Origin: a virus
Virus record (IMG/VR): IMGVR_UViG_3300030438_000078
Span: 92,994 to 156,993 of that record
Direction: 5' to 3' (one strand)
DNA length: 64,000 nucleotides
Shown: positions 37,985 through 46,986 of the stretch, piece after piece
Layout: every line of letters begins with the position of its first letter
Numbering within the stretch: the stretch's first letter is position 1
Notes under the pieces: generated by a model
What the model saw: the letters and a program-made list of their open reading frames with translations, nothing else
The model's database searches: none
Told to the model about the DNA's origin: nothing
Translations under genes and position numbers: made by a program

Positions 37985-38024
37985 GATAAGTAAGAATCGA
38001 ACTTACAAATACCGTATATCCTAA
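37985..38024 (-). ncRNA. tRNA-like minihelix (acceptor stem + T-arm only, 40 nt)
   Basis: AGGATAT-ACGGTATTT-GTAAG-TTCGATT-CTTAC-TTATCCT; same 7+9+17+7 architecture and GGTATTT linker as the element at 30911-30950. Confidence 0.35.
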
Positions 38025-38088
38025 AATAAAAAATGCTCAGAAGGTGTTTCACAACAGCTCCTAAGCTACACTATTAACTAATTAAAAC

Positions 38089-38472
38089 TTATATTAGACA
38101 CTCTGGTTTTAGAACCAGATAACCTTTTCTCTTGAGAAATTCGATTGCTTCTTTTATTTTTCTCTTTTCCTCTTCTTCTTTTTCTTTGTTGTCTTTCTTC
38201 TTTTCAGTATAGATTTTAGTATATTTATATTGAATTTCTCTCGCTTCAATTAATATATTTTCAACCTTTGACTTGTGAATAGGATTAGGAGAAAATCTTA
38301 CAACTCCGTTGATAGAATGAGCATATCCTTCTTCTAATAAAAGAGAAGCAAACATGTTGTATCCTACATACGTAGAAATTTCTTTCTTGAATTGTGATAC
38401 TTTTAATTCAGGATTTCTCATTCTTAATTGATTAAGTTGTCTTGTTAAGACAGTAACATCTAATTTTTTCAT
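38089..38472 (-). CDS. hypothetical protein with K/E-rich C-terminus
   Basis: 127-aa ORF. Confidence 0.4.
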   Translation of the reverse strand: MKKLDVTVLTRQLNQLRMRNPELKVSQFKKEISTYVGYNMFASLLLEEGYAHSINGVVRFSPNPIHKSKVENILIEAREIQYKYTKIYTEKKKDNKEKEEEEKRKIKEAIEFLKRKGYLVLKPECLI

Positions 38473-38501
38473 AATTTTATCTATTTAACGCGTTAATGAT
38501 G

Positions 38502-38575
38502 TGGATCGTGTAGGGCTTGAACCTACGACCTTCTGCTTGTAAGGCAGATGCTCTAACCGACTGAGCTAACGATCC
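38502..38575 (-). tRNA. tRNA-Val (anticodon UAC)
   Basis: Fully canonical: acceptor GGATCGT/ACGATCC, D-arm GCTC-AGTCGGTTA-GAGC, anticodon arm TCTGC-CTTACAA-GCAGA, T-arm GTAGG-TTCAAGC-CCTAC; 74 nt; GC-rich relative to the genome. Confidence 0.85.
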
Positions 38576-38948
38576 TTATTATACAGTGTGTTGCTACACC
38601 AAAGCATTCCCGTATGTCTTACCAGAAATGAGTTCATAACCTCGCCTTACTACCTTATATACGCTACTTATTAGTAGCTCAAATACTATCTAATGAGTGA
38701 CTTTTCTCAAAATGTATCGGGCAGATTCATGTTGTGGATATCTCCATTATAGCACATCAACAATAGCTATTAACTCTATTATCATTTAGCACTTATATGG
38801 CACTTTTTGCACACTCTTTAAAAGATGGCTACTTCTAAGCCTACTTCCTGTATATGCAGCATCTATATTGATAGTTAATATTTGTTAATTTTCCATAGCT
38901 GCTGCAATTAAATATATTAACAAAAACAGACAAATTAAATACTCCATA

Positions 38949-39191
38949 TCAATCACACCAGGTTTGAAATACTTTCTTAGTTAATGGGTAATTCCCTTTA
39001 AATTTAAAGGAATATCTATAAATTCTAGTTTCTTTAATATGCTTTAACTCATACTTAAAGAAAGGATAGAATATAGTCATTAGGAATATTCCTAATGATA
39101 ACAAAATCATGGAAATTACCTTTACAAGATACTCTATTCCCCATACTGGTAGAGTAAATGCCCATCTAATTATTGTAAGTAATGTAATCAT
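38949..39191 (-). CDS. small membrane protein
   Basis: 80 aa with hydrophobic helices. Confidence 0.35.
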   Translation of the reverse strand: MITLLTIIRWAFTLPVWGIEYLVKVISMILLSLGIFLMTIFYPFFKYELKHIKETRIYRYSFKFKGNYPLTKKVFQTWCD

Positions 39192-39424
39192 AGTTCTACT
39201 GATATTAAGGTTGAATGTAATGTTAATTCAGTCTCAGATATTGGAATCAATGTTCCGAATACTGAAACATATTTCTGTTTTTTAATTACTATAGAAGTAG
39301 AGATAATCTCAACCTCTTTTACATTTTTCTCATGTTGTTCTTTTAAATATTCAGTGTGAATCTTCTTGCTAGCTTCATAATTCTCAGAAGAAGCTAAGCA
39401 ATTACGGTTAATTCTTTTTCTCAT
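39188..39424 (-). CDS. hypothetical protein
   Basis: 78-aa ORF. Confidence 0.3.
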   Translation of the reverse strand: MRKRINRNCLASSENYEASKKIHTEYLKEQHEKNVKEVEIISTSIVIKKQKYVSVFGTLIPISETELTLHSTLISVEL

Positions 39425-39632
39425 ATTGTTCAGTTTTAATTAGTTTTTCAAGTTCTTTTATTTCATTTTCTCTTTCTTTGATATATTGAGGATCAGGTTC
39501 TACTCCATAGAAAGTAGCTCTAGCTTTATATTGGAATATTTCAGCATACTTATCCGCAATTCTATCATGTATTCCCTTTAATTTTTCTACTGTCATAATC
39601 CAAAATATTTGTTGCTCCCCAGCAGGACTCAA
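39408..39632 (-). CDS. hypothetical protein
   Basis: 74-aa ORF; 5' end overlaps the tRNA-like gene at 39614-39694, so the true start may be internal. Confidence 0.3.
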   Translation of the reverse strand: MSPAGEQQIFWIMTVEKLKGIHDRIADKYAEIFQYKARATFYGVEPDPQYIKERENEIKELEKLIKTEQYEKKN

Positions 39633-39694
39633 ACCTGCGACCTACTCGGCACTAATTTCTATACCAAGTGCTCTATCAACTGAGCTATGGAGGA
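39614..39694 (-). tRNA. tRNA-like gene with enlarged (~14-nt) anticodon loop
   Basis: Canonical D-arm (GCTC-AGTTGATA-GAGC) and T-arm (GCAGG-TTTGAGT-CCTGC), acceptor TCCTCCA/TGGGGAG; anticodon stem CTTGG/CCGAG encloses 'TATAGAAATTAGTG' instead of 7 nt; 81 nt. Confidence 0.45.
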
Positions 39695-39881
39695 AAACTT
39701 CTAAATCTTAGAAATAGAAGCTATTCGTATACTTGGGATATAGATAGTACTATATCATCTTCTATTTCATAAACTGAATCAAGATCATATACTCTATCAC
39801 AATCTCCTTCTTCTAGAACGATATCCTTAGATAAATCTTCCTCAGATAATTCTTGTAGAAATTTCAGTAATTCATTTCCCG

Positions 39882-40127
39882 TTATGGTAAATAATTTAAA
39901 GTATATTGCATTATTGTAGTAATATAATCGGTACCTATGATTTTTCCAGACTGTATGAAATAATCTACATCATCAATGCTATTACCTACACTACCACAAA
40001 ACATATTACTTGAAGAGATGTTCTTCCAATAATTTCGCAATTCTTCCTCATTATTACATATGTCAATAGCTTGACATATTGCATGAGTTTTAACATTTAC
40101 TGTAGTTTTAATTAGTTTATACTTCAT
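39882..40127 (-). CDS. hypothetical protein
   Basis: 81-aa ORF. Confidence 0.35.
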   Translation of the reverse strand: MKYKLIKTTVNVKTHAICQAIDICNNEEELRNYWKNISSSNMFCGSVGNSIDDVDYFIQSGKIIGTDYITTIMQYTLNYLP

Positions 40128-40281
40128 AATAGTTAGTTTTTACGACCAAATGTGTAATAATGTATCCATGACCATATTGAAGAAACTGTAAAGCCAGCTT
40201 TCATAACAAATGGTACTTCAATCCAGAACATTCCTACAGTTATAATTGTGCATAATACTGCAACAATTAAGCAAAGATACT

Positions 40282-40479
40282 TCATAACAAATCCCATTCT
40301 CTAAGTGCTTCATTAGGAGTACATCCAGATTTAATAGACTGAAGTACTTCATACTCTAATCCATTCTCTTTTGCAATTTTGATAGCGTCTTCTTTACTCA
40401 TTTTCTCCGCCAATTTTTTGATTTTATTCTTTATAAATTTGCTCATATTTCTCAGCTTCTGATTGTTTATACTTTTCAA
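40282..40479 (-). CDS. hypothetical protein
   Basis: 65-aa ORF. Confidence 0.3.
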   Translation of the reverse strand: MKSINNQKLRNMSKFIKNKIKKLAEKMSKEDAIKIAKENGLEYEVLQSIKSGCTPNEALREWDLL

Positions 40480-40612
40480 TTTGCATTCCTAGGAATATTG
40501 CTACTGCTAAAGCAGCAATCATCCAAAAAATTGATGTATCATCATTTATAGTTATAGCTGCTGTTCCAAGTAAACTCATTACTATAACAAGAAAAATAAT
40601 TAATGCTAACAT
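40424..40612 (-). CDS. small membrane protein
   Basis: 62 aa, two hydrophobic helices. Confidence 0.3.
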   Translation of the reverse strand: MLALIIFLVIVMSLLGTAAITINDDTSIFWMIAALAVAIFLGMQIEKYKQSEAEKYEQIYKE

Positions 40613-40775
40613 ATTTCAAAGCTTAATAATTCCAGAAATCATATTATCTCCAGAATCTCTATATCCAAAAAGAACTGGACTCCATTCTTTTACATATTGT
40701 CTATGCTGTAAAATAGACAAATCTAAATTTTTTGGAGATTGGATATACAATTCTGGAAAATTAGTTAAAAGCCAA

Positions 40776-41171
40776 TCAAATGTTTTTTTCTAATCCTACA
40801 CCTCTAAGAGAAAAAGTAAATGAAATATATTTATTTCTAATTTTACTATTCTTCATTTTACTATAAATATATATCAAATCAGGCCCACAATTTAATATAG
40901 ATTTACAAAAATCACAATCAACAAATGTTATTGGTGGATAATTAGAATTTTGATTTAAAATATCAAATTCTCCTATTAGAGAATTTTTTCTTATTTCGGC
41001 ATTTACTGGATTAAAGTCTACTAATACTACTTGTTTATGATAAGGTAATACTTTTATATACTCTTCTGGATGAGTACCAGCTAATCCTAAAATTGTTTTT
41101 GCCTTATTAATATGTGAAAATAATTTATTTTGTACATATCTTTTTACTTTTGCATCTAAATATTGTTCCAT
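40776..41171 (-). CDS. hypothetical protein
   Basis: 131-aa ORF. Confidence 0.4.
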   Translation of the reverse strand: MEQYLDAKVKRYVQNKLFSHINKAKTILGLAGTHPEEYIKVLPYHKQVVLVDFNPVNAEIRKNSLIGEFDILNQNSNYPPITFVDCDFCKSILNCGPDLIYIYSKMKNSKIRNKYISFTFSLRGVGLEKNI

Positions 41172-41231
41172 TTCAGTTTTAATTAGTTAATCCTGACACA
41201 AATGTGTTTCGTCTTAATTTTCAAAGACTCA

Positions 41232-41486
41232 TCAGAGGATTTTTAAAAGTATCCCCACCGCTGTGGGGATTTTACAAATGTCCACCAAGAACAGACCTTC
41301 CTGTGCCACTATACTTTGAATTGTTTCACAACAACTACATAGTCTCTGGGCATACCCATTATGGTCTTGTAACAATTTAAATATAACATGACAACTTTTT
41401 TGTTTCACAACAATTTTATAAGATGGGTTCTCTATTCTGGAATCGAACCAGATCTTCCCACACTTGTGGTAGTGCCCATACACCAT
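41232..41486 (-). CDS. hypothetical Cys-containing protein
   Basis: 84-aa ORF. Confidence 0.35.
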   Translation of the reverse strand: MVYGHYHKCGKIWFDSRIENPSYKIVVKQKSCHVIFKLLQDHNGYAQRLCSCCETIQSIVAQEGLFLVDICKIPTAVGILLKIL

Positions 41487-41493
41487 TAGAGAA
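41428..41493 (-). ncRNA. truncated tRNA-like element without an anticodon loop
   Basis: Acceptor TTCTCTA/TAGAGAA, T-arm TCTGG-TTCGATT-CCAGA, short D-hairpin, and a CCAC-AAGT-GTGG tetraloop hairpin where the anticodon arm should be; ~66 nt. Confidence 0.3.
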
Positions 41494-42249
41494 ACTCTAC
41501 CTCATATATCTAGAATAAGGTAGAGGATTATTTCTCAACTTAATTCTCAGTTTTCCATTCTGAGAATAAAATTGTGACGTGTATCAACGTTCATATATTT
41601 TACAGGTAGCTAATCTGTAAACGTATACGAATAGATTCGAGATGGAAAATAAAACCTTATGAGTTTCTCTCTTACTATCTAGCTTTAGTGTTTCCACAAT
41701 CGAGCGGCTTATACTCGGCAACTTCTAATACAATAAAAAATACAGTTAAAATGACATACATGGTCTACTGGTATGTCAGCAGTACTTTATATATTGCTAA
41801 TAGATGACCAATTCTATAGCTCAATCCTCCTTACTCATGAGATAAGTTTGCGAACTCTCATTTTCATTAGTAGCAGTTATTTTCAGATAAAGGCTTATCT
41901 GCGTAGCCTGGCGTTAGAGTGAAATAATTTAAAAATTGAATGTCATATATTTCCCAAAAAGTCTATACTATAAAATACAAACTTGGCGGAAAATTTTAAA
42001 ATTTGGGAAAATGCGGAAAAATGGGGTTGGCTTTCGTGCACCAATTTTCTCCACACTCTCCATGTTTTGAGTTCTACAAAATAAAAATAATAAATTTATG
42101 CACGTCTTTCCGTGCTGTCAGATAATAAAACTAAAACTTTAAATATAATTCTCAGAAATTTGCTTTGTTGTTTTGTTTTCTCCGTTAACCAAGATTCCAA
42201 TGATGGAGTTCATATGGATATTTTATTTATACTCATAATATCTTAGAGT

Positions 42250-42447
42250 TTATTCATCTACAAATACAAATCTAATAGCCATAGGTTTGCATTCTGGAGA
42301 CTTTTGATAGATTAAAACATATACCCAAGAAATTCTCGGATAAACAGTGTTGGCACCTATGTCTAATCTTTCATCAGTCTCAGGGTCATAAAAAGCTCCG
42401 TAACTATACAATAATTTTCTAGTCACAAACTTTTCTCGTGTGCTCAT
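42250..42447 (-). CDS. hypothetical protein
   Basis: 65-aa ORF. Confidence 0.3.
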   Translation of the reverse strand: MSTREKFVTRKLLYSYGAFYDPETDERLDIGANTVYPRISWVYVLIYQKSPECKPMAIRFVFVDE

Positions 42448-42501
42448 TACTACAAAGATAATAAAGTAATAAAGAAAAGGGGAGATTATCTCCCCTTAAT
42501 C

Positions 42502-42954
42502 TTACTCTGCGTCATAGTCCTCTACTTCCAAAACATAAGTGTTTTTGTTGTACGCACGTCTGTTTTCAGTTGCGGGAACTTCTTCTGAAGTTTTCTTCTT
42601 CACTACGAAAATAACATTATGGTCAATACACCAAACCAAAAACTTTGCGTTTTCGATAGGTGTTGAGCCGATGGCTGGCGCGTCATCATCTATTTCCACG
42701 CCTGCAAAATGTTTTGCACCGATAGACGCCCCCGTATTAGTGGTGAACGTGATAGGCACGAAGTTGTTGTTATTGTTACTTTGCCCATTGTCTTGCAATT
42801 CGACTTTTGTCATAGAGGCTAGACTAAATTTATCCCCCTTATTCAAGCCTGCAACAACACTCCGCTCATTACCGTTTAAACCTAAACTTTCTACTACCTT
42901 GTTTGCACGTTCTTCTACGCTTACCTGTTTGTTTTTCAATTCATCTAGTGTCAT
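42502..42954 (-). CDS. hypothetical protein
   Basis: 150-aa ORF; last gene of the minus-strand block before the divergent intergenic region. Confidence 0.45.
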   Translation of the reverse strand: MTLDELKNKQVSVEERANKVVESLGLNGNERSVVAGLNKGDKFSLASMTKVELQDNGQSNNNNNFVPITFTTNTGASIGAKHFAGVEIDDDAPAIGSTPIENAKFLVWCIDHNVIFVVKKKTSEEVPATENRRAYNKNTYVLEVEDYDAE

Positions 42955-43251
42955 AACTTTTTGATTTTAGATTAATAATTTGTTTTAGTTTTATATCAAT
43001 ATACAGGGGGGGGACTAAAGGGGTTGCGGACCGTCTCTTAACTTACTCTCATAATTTTCGGAAATCTGAGAACTTAACCTCAAAATATAAATTCGGAAAT
43101 TATAAACACCTAGGGGGCATTTTATATAAAGTACCTATACCAGTTTGCTAAAGATTTAAAGAAATTTGAGAATAATGAAATTAAAATTTTTTAACTTTGT
43201 ATTTAACATTTGCAACCATATTGTTGTATATAACTTAAAACAAAAAGAATT

Positions 43252-43659
43252 ATGATTACAGACTTAGAAACATTGTTAAACGAAGACTAGTTTAGAGAAC
43301 TAGTAAAAGCTATCTATGAAAATAGAGAATATAATTACGAAGAAAATGGATTAAAAATTAATGCCAATTCTAACGATAATTCTCTACAACTATCAATAGC
43401 TTATGATGAAGATAAAAAAGAAAATAGTTTAGTTCAAAAAGAACTTGATAATTTTCAGAATTATTTAAAAGATATGGATGATGATTTATTTACAGAAGTA
43501 TGTGATGCTCTAGATAATGAAGAAATACAAAAAATTCAGAATTGTCTAAACTCTAATAAATTAGAAACAGTAAGAGCTGCTATAGTTAAGTTTAAGAGTG
43601 TTGCGAGAAAGATTATTACTGATAAAATTGTTTATCTTAATAACTTACTATATGCTTGA
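43252..43659 (+). CDS. hypothetical protein containing one in-frame TAG (codon 13)
   Basis: ATG 43252; TAG at 43288-43290; frame stays open and protein-like to TGA at 43657-43659 (136 codons); ORF track only reports the distal 61 aa. Confidence 0.45.
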
Positions 43660-43798
43660 ACAAATTGCTCAAATCAGGATATTGCTTGCACTGGTTAATG
43701 ATAATATGCAGGCAATATCCCATGAAAACGAATCTCTAAGAAAAGAGATTGAAAGATTACAAAAAGAAAATGAAGAACTAAAAAATAAGAAAGATTAA
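43652..43798 (+). CDS. small coiled-coil protein
   Basis: 49 codons, ATG overlaps previous stop (ATGCTTGA); '...SLRKEIERLQKENEELKNKKD'. Confidence 0.35.
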   Translation: MLEQIAQIRILLALVNDNMQAISHENESLRKEIERLQKENEELKNKKD

Positions 43799-43807
43799 AT
43801 AATTAAT

Positions 43808-43881
43808 TGGGGTATGGTCGTAATTGGTTAACGGGTCTGACTCTAAATCAGAAATTCTGGGTTCGAGTCCCAGTACCCCGA
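43808..43881 (+). tRNA. amber suppressor tRNA (anticodon CUA, reads UAG)
   Basis: Acceptor TGGGGTA/TACCCCG, D-loop TAATTGGTTAA, anticodon arm TCTGA-CTCTAAA-TCAGA with CTA at 43843-43845, variable AATT, T-arm CTGGG-TTCGAGT-CCCAG; 74 nt. Confidence 0.8.
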
Positions 43882-43900
43882 CAATTAAAACATTAATAAT

Positions 43901-44221
43901 ATGGTAAAAGCAGCTATCTATTTAAAGAACGGTCTAGTTTGTAAGACAAACAATATTGAAAAGAAATTAAAGAGAGAATCCCAAACAATAGAGATATTAG
44001 AAGAGTGGAAGTTTGATAGTGATTTATCTAAATTAGATGAGAAATATAACTACTGGAATAGAACATTAAATAGGAATACTAAAGAAGAGGAGATTTTAGA
44101 ATCAAGATTATATCGCTATATAAATCCAAAAACTAAATGTACTATTCTCAGTATTTATTCAGATTTAGAACAATGTAAATCTTATATTAGAGACTGGAAT
44201 GAATATGAAAGAATTAAGTGA
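43901..44221 (+). CDS. hypothetical protein
   Basis: 106-aa ORF directly downstream of the suppressor tRNA; no internal TAG. Confidence 0.45.
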   Translation: MVKAAIYLKNGLVCKTNNIEKKLKRESQTIEILEEWKFDSDLSKLDEKYNYWNRTLNRNTKEEEILESRLYRYINPKTKCTILSIYSDLEQCKSYIRDWNEYERIK

Positions 44222-44524
44222 ATACAATAGAGAGATTTAGATTAAATATGCTAAAGTAATGGTAGATGCTTCTATAGAAGCTATTGAGAATATATATAAA
44301 GAATTAAAAGATTCTAATTTATTAAATGAACAATTTGTTTTAGATTGGTTAGATAAATTAAATGAAATAAGTGTAAGATGATAATATTGCTTCTAAGATT
44401 AGAGGTGAGCATGTTGATTATATATTTAGTAATGAAATAAATATTAGGGAAACACTTAAAATACTAGATTGTATAGTCTTAACTACTAGGACTACTTTTG
44501 TGAAAATACTAAAGTAATATATTA

Positions 44525-44803
44525 ATGATAGACTTTAAGAAAACAATAATTAATTTACATGAAAAATTTCCAGAATATGATTTAGACACATTAATAAAAA
44601 TTATAGATGCTATTGTAGAAACAACAGATTACAGTAAATTTAACTATCCTTCTGGAGTTAGACAACCTTGGATAGATACCTCAAAAGTAACTTGTACTCC
44701 AGAATCTAATATATCTTATACCAAAAATACTTCAGATAAATGGATTGATATTATCAGTAGTGGGGTTCAAATCAGAAATCCACACGATACTATTATATAT
44801 TAA
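44525..44803 (+). CDS. hypothetical protein
   Basis: 92-aa ORF; followed by a terminator hairpin. Confidence 0.45.
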   Translation: MIDFKKTIINLHEKFPEYDLDTLIKIIDAIVETTDYSKFNYPSGVRQPWIDTSKVTCTPESNISYTKNTSDKWIDIISSGVQIRNPHDTIIY

Positions 44804-44807
44804 AAAG

Positions 44808-44848
44808 AAATACCCAGCCCAGCTTAATTGCTAGGTTGGGTATTTTTA
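44808..44848. terminator. bidirectional intrinsic terminator between convergent genes
   Basis: AAATACCCAGCC-(14 nt loop)-GGTTGGGTATTT followed by TTTTT on the plus strand and A/T-rich on the other; sits between plus gene ending 44803 and minus gene ending 44911. Confidence 0.45.
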
Positions 44849-44910
44849 TATCGCATATTTAGTGTACTTTGAGAGATTACCTTGTATATTATCCGGATTT
44901 ACTACATCGT

Positions 44911-46464
44911 TTACAGAATATTCTTGCCAAAATAGACAGGAACAGTTTTATCATCCATTAGTAATCTTTTCTTTTGTTTTAAAGGGGTATATAACTTTTT
45001 AGTAATTCCACTAGGGGAGTACTCAAACTAATTATATTCAGAATTCAATAATGCATCTTTAAGCTCCTATGAAGTTACAGTTGTCTGATTTCCTTGATAA
45101 ATATCTTCATAATCGGGTCTTGTATCATAAAATCCCTTCTTATTTAAAGGTCTACTACTTACACCCATAGTATAGGGATTCATTCCAATTATTTCTGCTT
45201 GCTATTCTGGAAGTAACTATACCTTACCTCTAAATCCACTAGAAGTGTTACCAAAATTTAAATGACTTCTTCCCATTTGTGTAACATCTATTTCACCAGG
45301 AAAACCTCTATAATCAGTAGCCTTTCTAACCCCAAAAGTCTTTGTAGGAAATTCATAAAGTACTTTTATTCCGATAGGTTCTGACGTACCTAATCCAGAA
45401 AATTCTTCCCAAGGAGTAGTGTGGGATATAAATAGTTTCTCACCCTCTATATTAGTACTAGGTAATTTACTTGATCTTGCCATTCTATAATAATTATCCC
45501 CATTTCTAGTAGATAAAAAATTAGACCATTCAGAATTTCTAAAAGCCCGTGTAGCTTTATCTATATTCTTAGGAGAATTATCTAAATTTCTACTTAATAT
45601 TTTAGCTCTAGCCCATTTATTACCAGCTTTAGCTAATCCATATTCAGCTACTCTACCTAATCCTTTAAATACAGGGTTTAAAGCAACTCCTTCTACATAT
45701 AACTAACCTATAGGGTCTGTACCGCTCATACTTATATTAGTAGTAGAGGTTTGTTCTTTACCATTAGCATCTTTCCATCTTACTACTTCAGAATTTGGTT
45801 GCTAACTTCTAGCATTAGCAACCTGTAATCTATTATATGCTTGAGGGTCTTCTTTCTTCATCTATTCTACTACTTGAGAATATTGAGGACCTTTATATTC
45901 TAATTTACCCCAAGCTGTTTGTTTCTTAGGAATTAATATCCCACCCTTTTTAAACTCTTTATTTTTATTTCCTTGCTCTATATACTACTTTAAGAAATTT
46001 CTCTGATTCTCATTTATCGGTATATAAACAGTATTCATTCCTTTATGTAATCTTTTTGTAAGTTCTGGTCGTAGGTCTAATTTATATTTATGTTCTGCTG
46101 GGTAATAAATAGAATCTCCTTTTATCATTGGTATCCCATTTAATTCCTCTAATACAAAATCTTGAACATCTCCAGGAGTAGTAAACAAAAAAGAATTTAG
46201 TTTTTTATTAAAGGTCTTTTCTAAAGCGCATCTAGTTGCATCACTACAGTTATTAGTAACTAGATTATAATCTTTATGTTTTCCGCCTTTATCTACTGTG
46301 TAGGGTCTATATCTATCATCCTTTGACCCAGTTATAGTTAAACTACTATGTCCAGTAAGTGGATATCTACTAACAAAAGGATAATAAGTATTTAGAACTG
46401 CATATTTAGAAGATTCATCTAATAACTCGTTTCCTTCCTAATATTTTGGTATTAATTTACTCAT
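44911..46464 (-). CDS. TAG-recoded protein (517 codons) with papain-like thiol-peptidase-type 'NNC' motif (PPPDE/LRAT-like)
   Basis: One frame from ATG 46464 to TAA 44911 contains about 10 in-frame TAGs and no TAA/TGA; it fuses ORF-track pieces 45985..46188 and 45217..45483; 'HKDYNLVTNNCSDATRCALEKTF' resembles the Cys box of PPPDE/NlpC-P60-like peptidases. Confidence 0.5.
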
Positions 46465-46669
46465 ATGTATTTATCTTTATATATTTAAGCCAACTAAATG
46501 GTTTTCTATTATCTAAGTATTCTAAGTTATCGTCATTGTTATGTGCTTCTTCTTCTAAGGAAATTTCATGATAACAATTCTTTTGTTTATCTTTAATTCT
46601 GAATAATCTAATTAATAAATACTCTAATCCATACCATATATAAAATCCAATAAATAAAGTTTCTATCAT
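46457..46669 (-). CDS. small membrane protein
   Basis: 70 aa; N-terminal TM 'LFIGFYIWYGLEYLLIRLF'; ends TAA; overlaps next gene start by 8 nt. Confidence 0.4.
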   Translation of the reverse strand: MIETLFIGFYIWYGLEYLLIRLFRIKDKQKNCYHEISLEEEAHNNDDNLEYLDNRKPFSWLKYIKINTYE

Positions 46670-46794
46670 CTATTTAGTATGAATCTTTTCATGATTTATA
46701 TCTATATTTGATAAACTATCTTTAGTAAATAAGATTCCAAATAGATTTATTGCTTTGTATCCTTTAAATGGAATAAATTTATTTTTAATTATTA

Positions 46795-46986
46795 TCATAT
46801 TATATAATACCAATCAGTACGTTCTCTTACTCCTTTATCTTTTAACTATTGAGAATTTAGATGATAATCACCGTTTCTAAAATTCAACTCTTTATCTACA
46901 TAATTCCAGTAAAAATATCCATGCCATCCTGGAAGAAGCAAAGTCTTTCCAGTTACAGCATATAAAGTAGCTTGATTATAATTCAT
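46795..46986 (-). CDS. small aromatic-rich protein with one in-frame TAG
   Basis: ATG at 46986 overlaps the TGA of the holin-like gene (ATGA); TAG at 46846-46848; ends TGA 46795. Confidence 0.35.

Noticed and set aside
1404-42964. Short plus-strand ORFs scattered through the minus-strand early block (e.g. 1404..1628, 1699..1968, 2835..3026, 3032..3307, 3578..3769, 8551..8775, 10484..10795, 10853..11062, 11355..11642, 16283..16606, 18635..18871, 19311..19556, 19756..19968, 20812..21003, 26417..26752, 28916..29221, 30571..30759, 37371..37568, 42539..42964) and nested minus ORFs 1931..2113, 22923..23117, 23802..24023
   Set aside because: All lie within longer, better-supported genes on the other strand or frame; typical AT-rich shadow ORFs.
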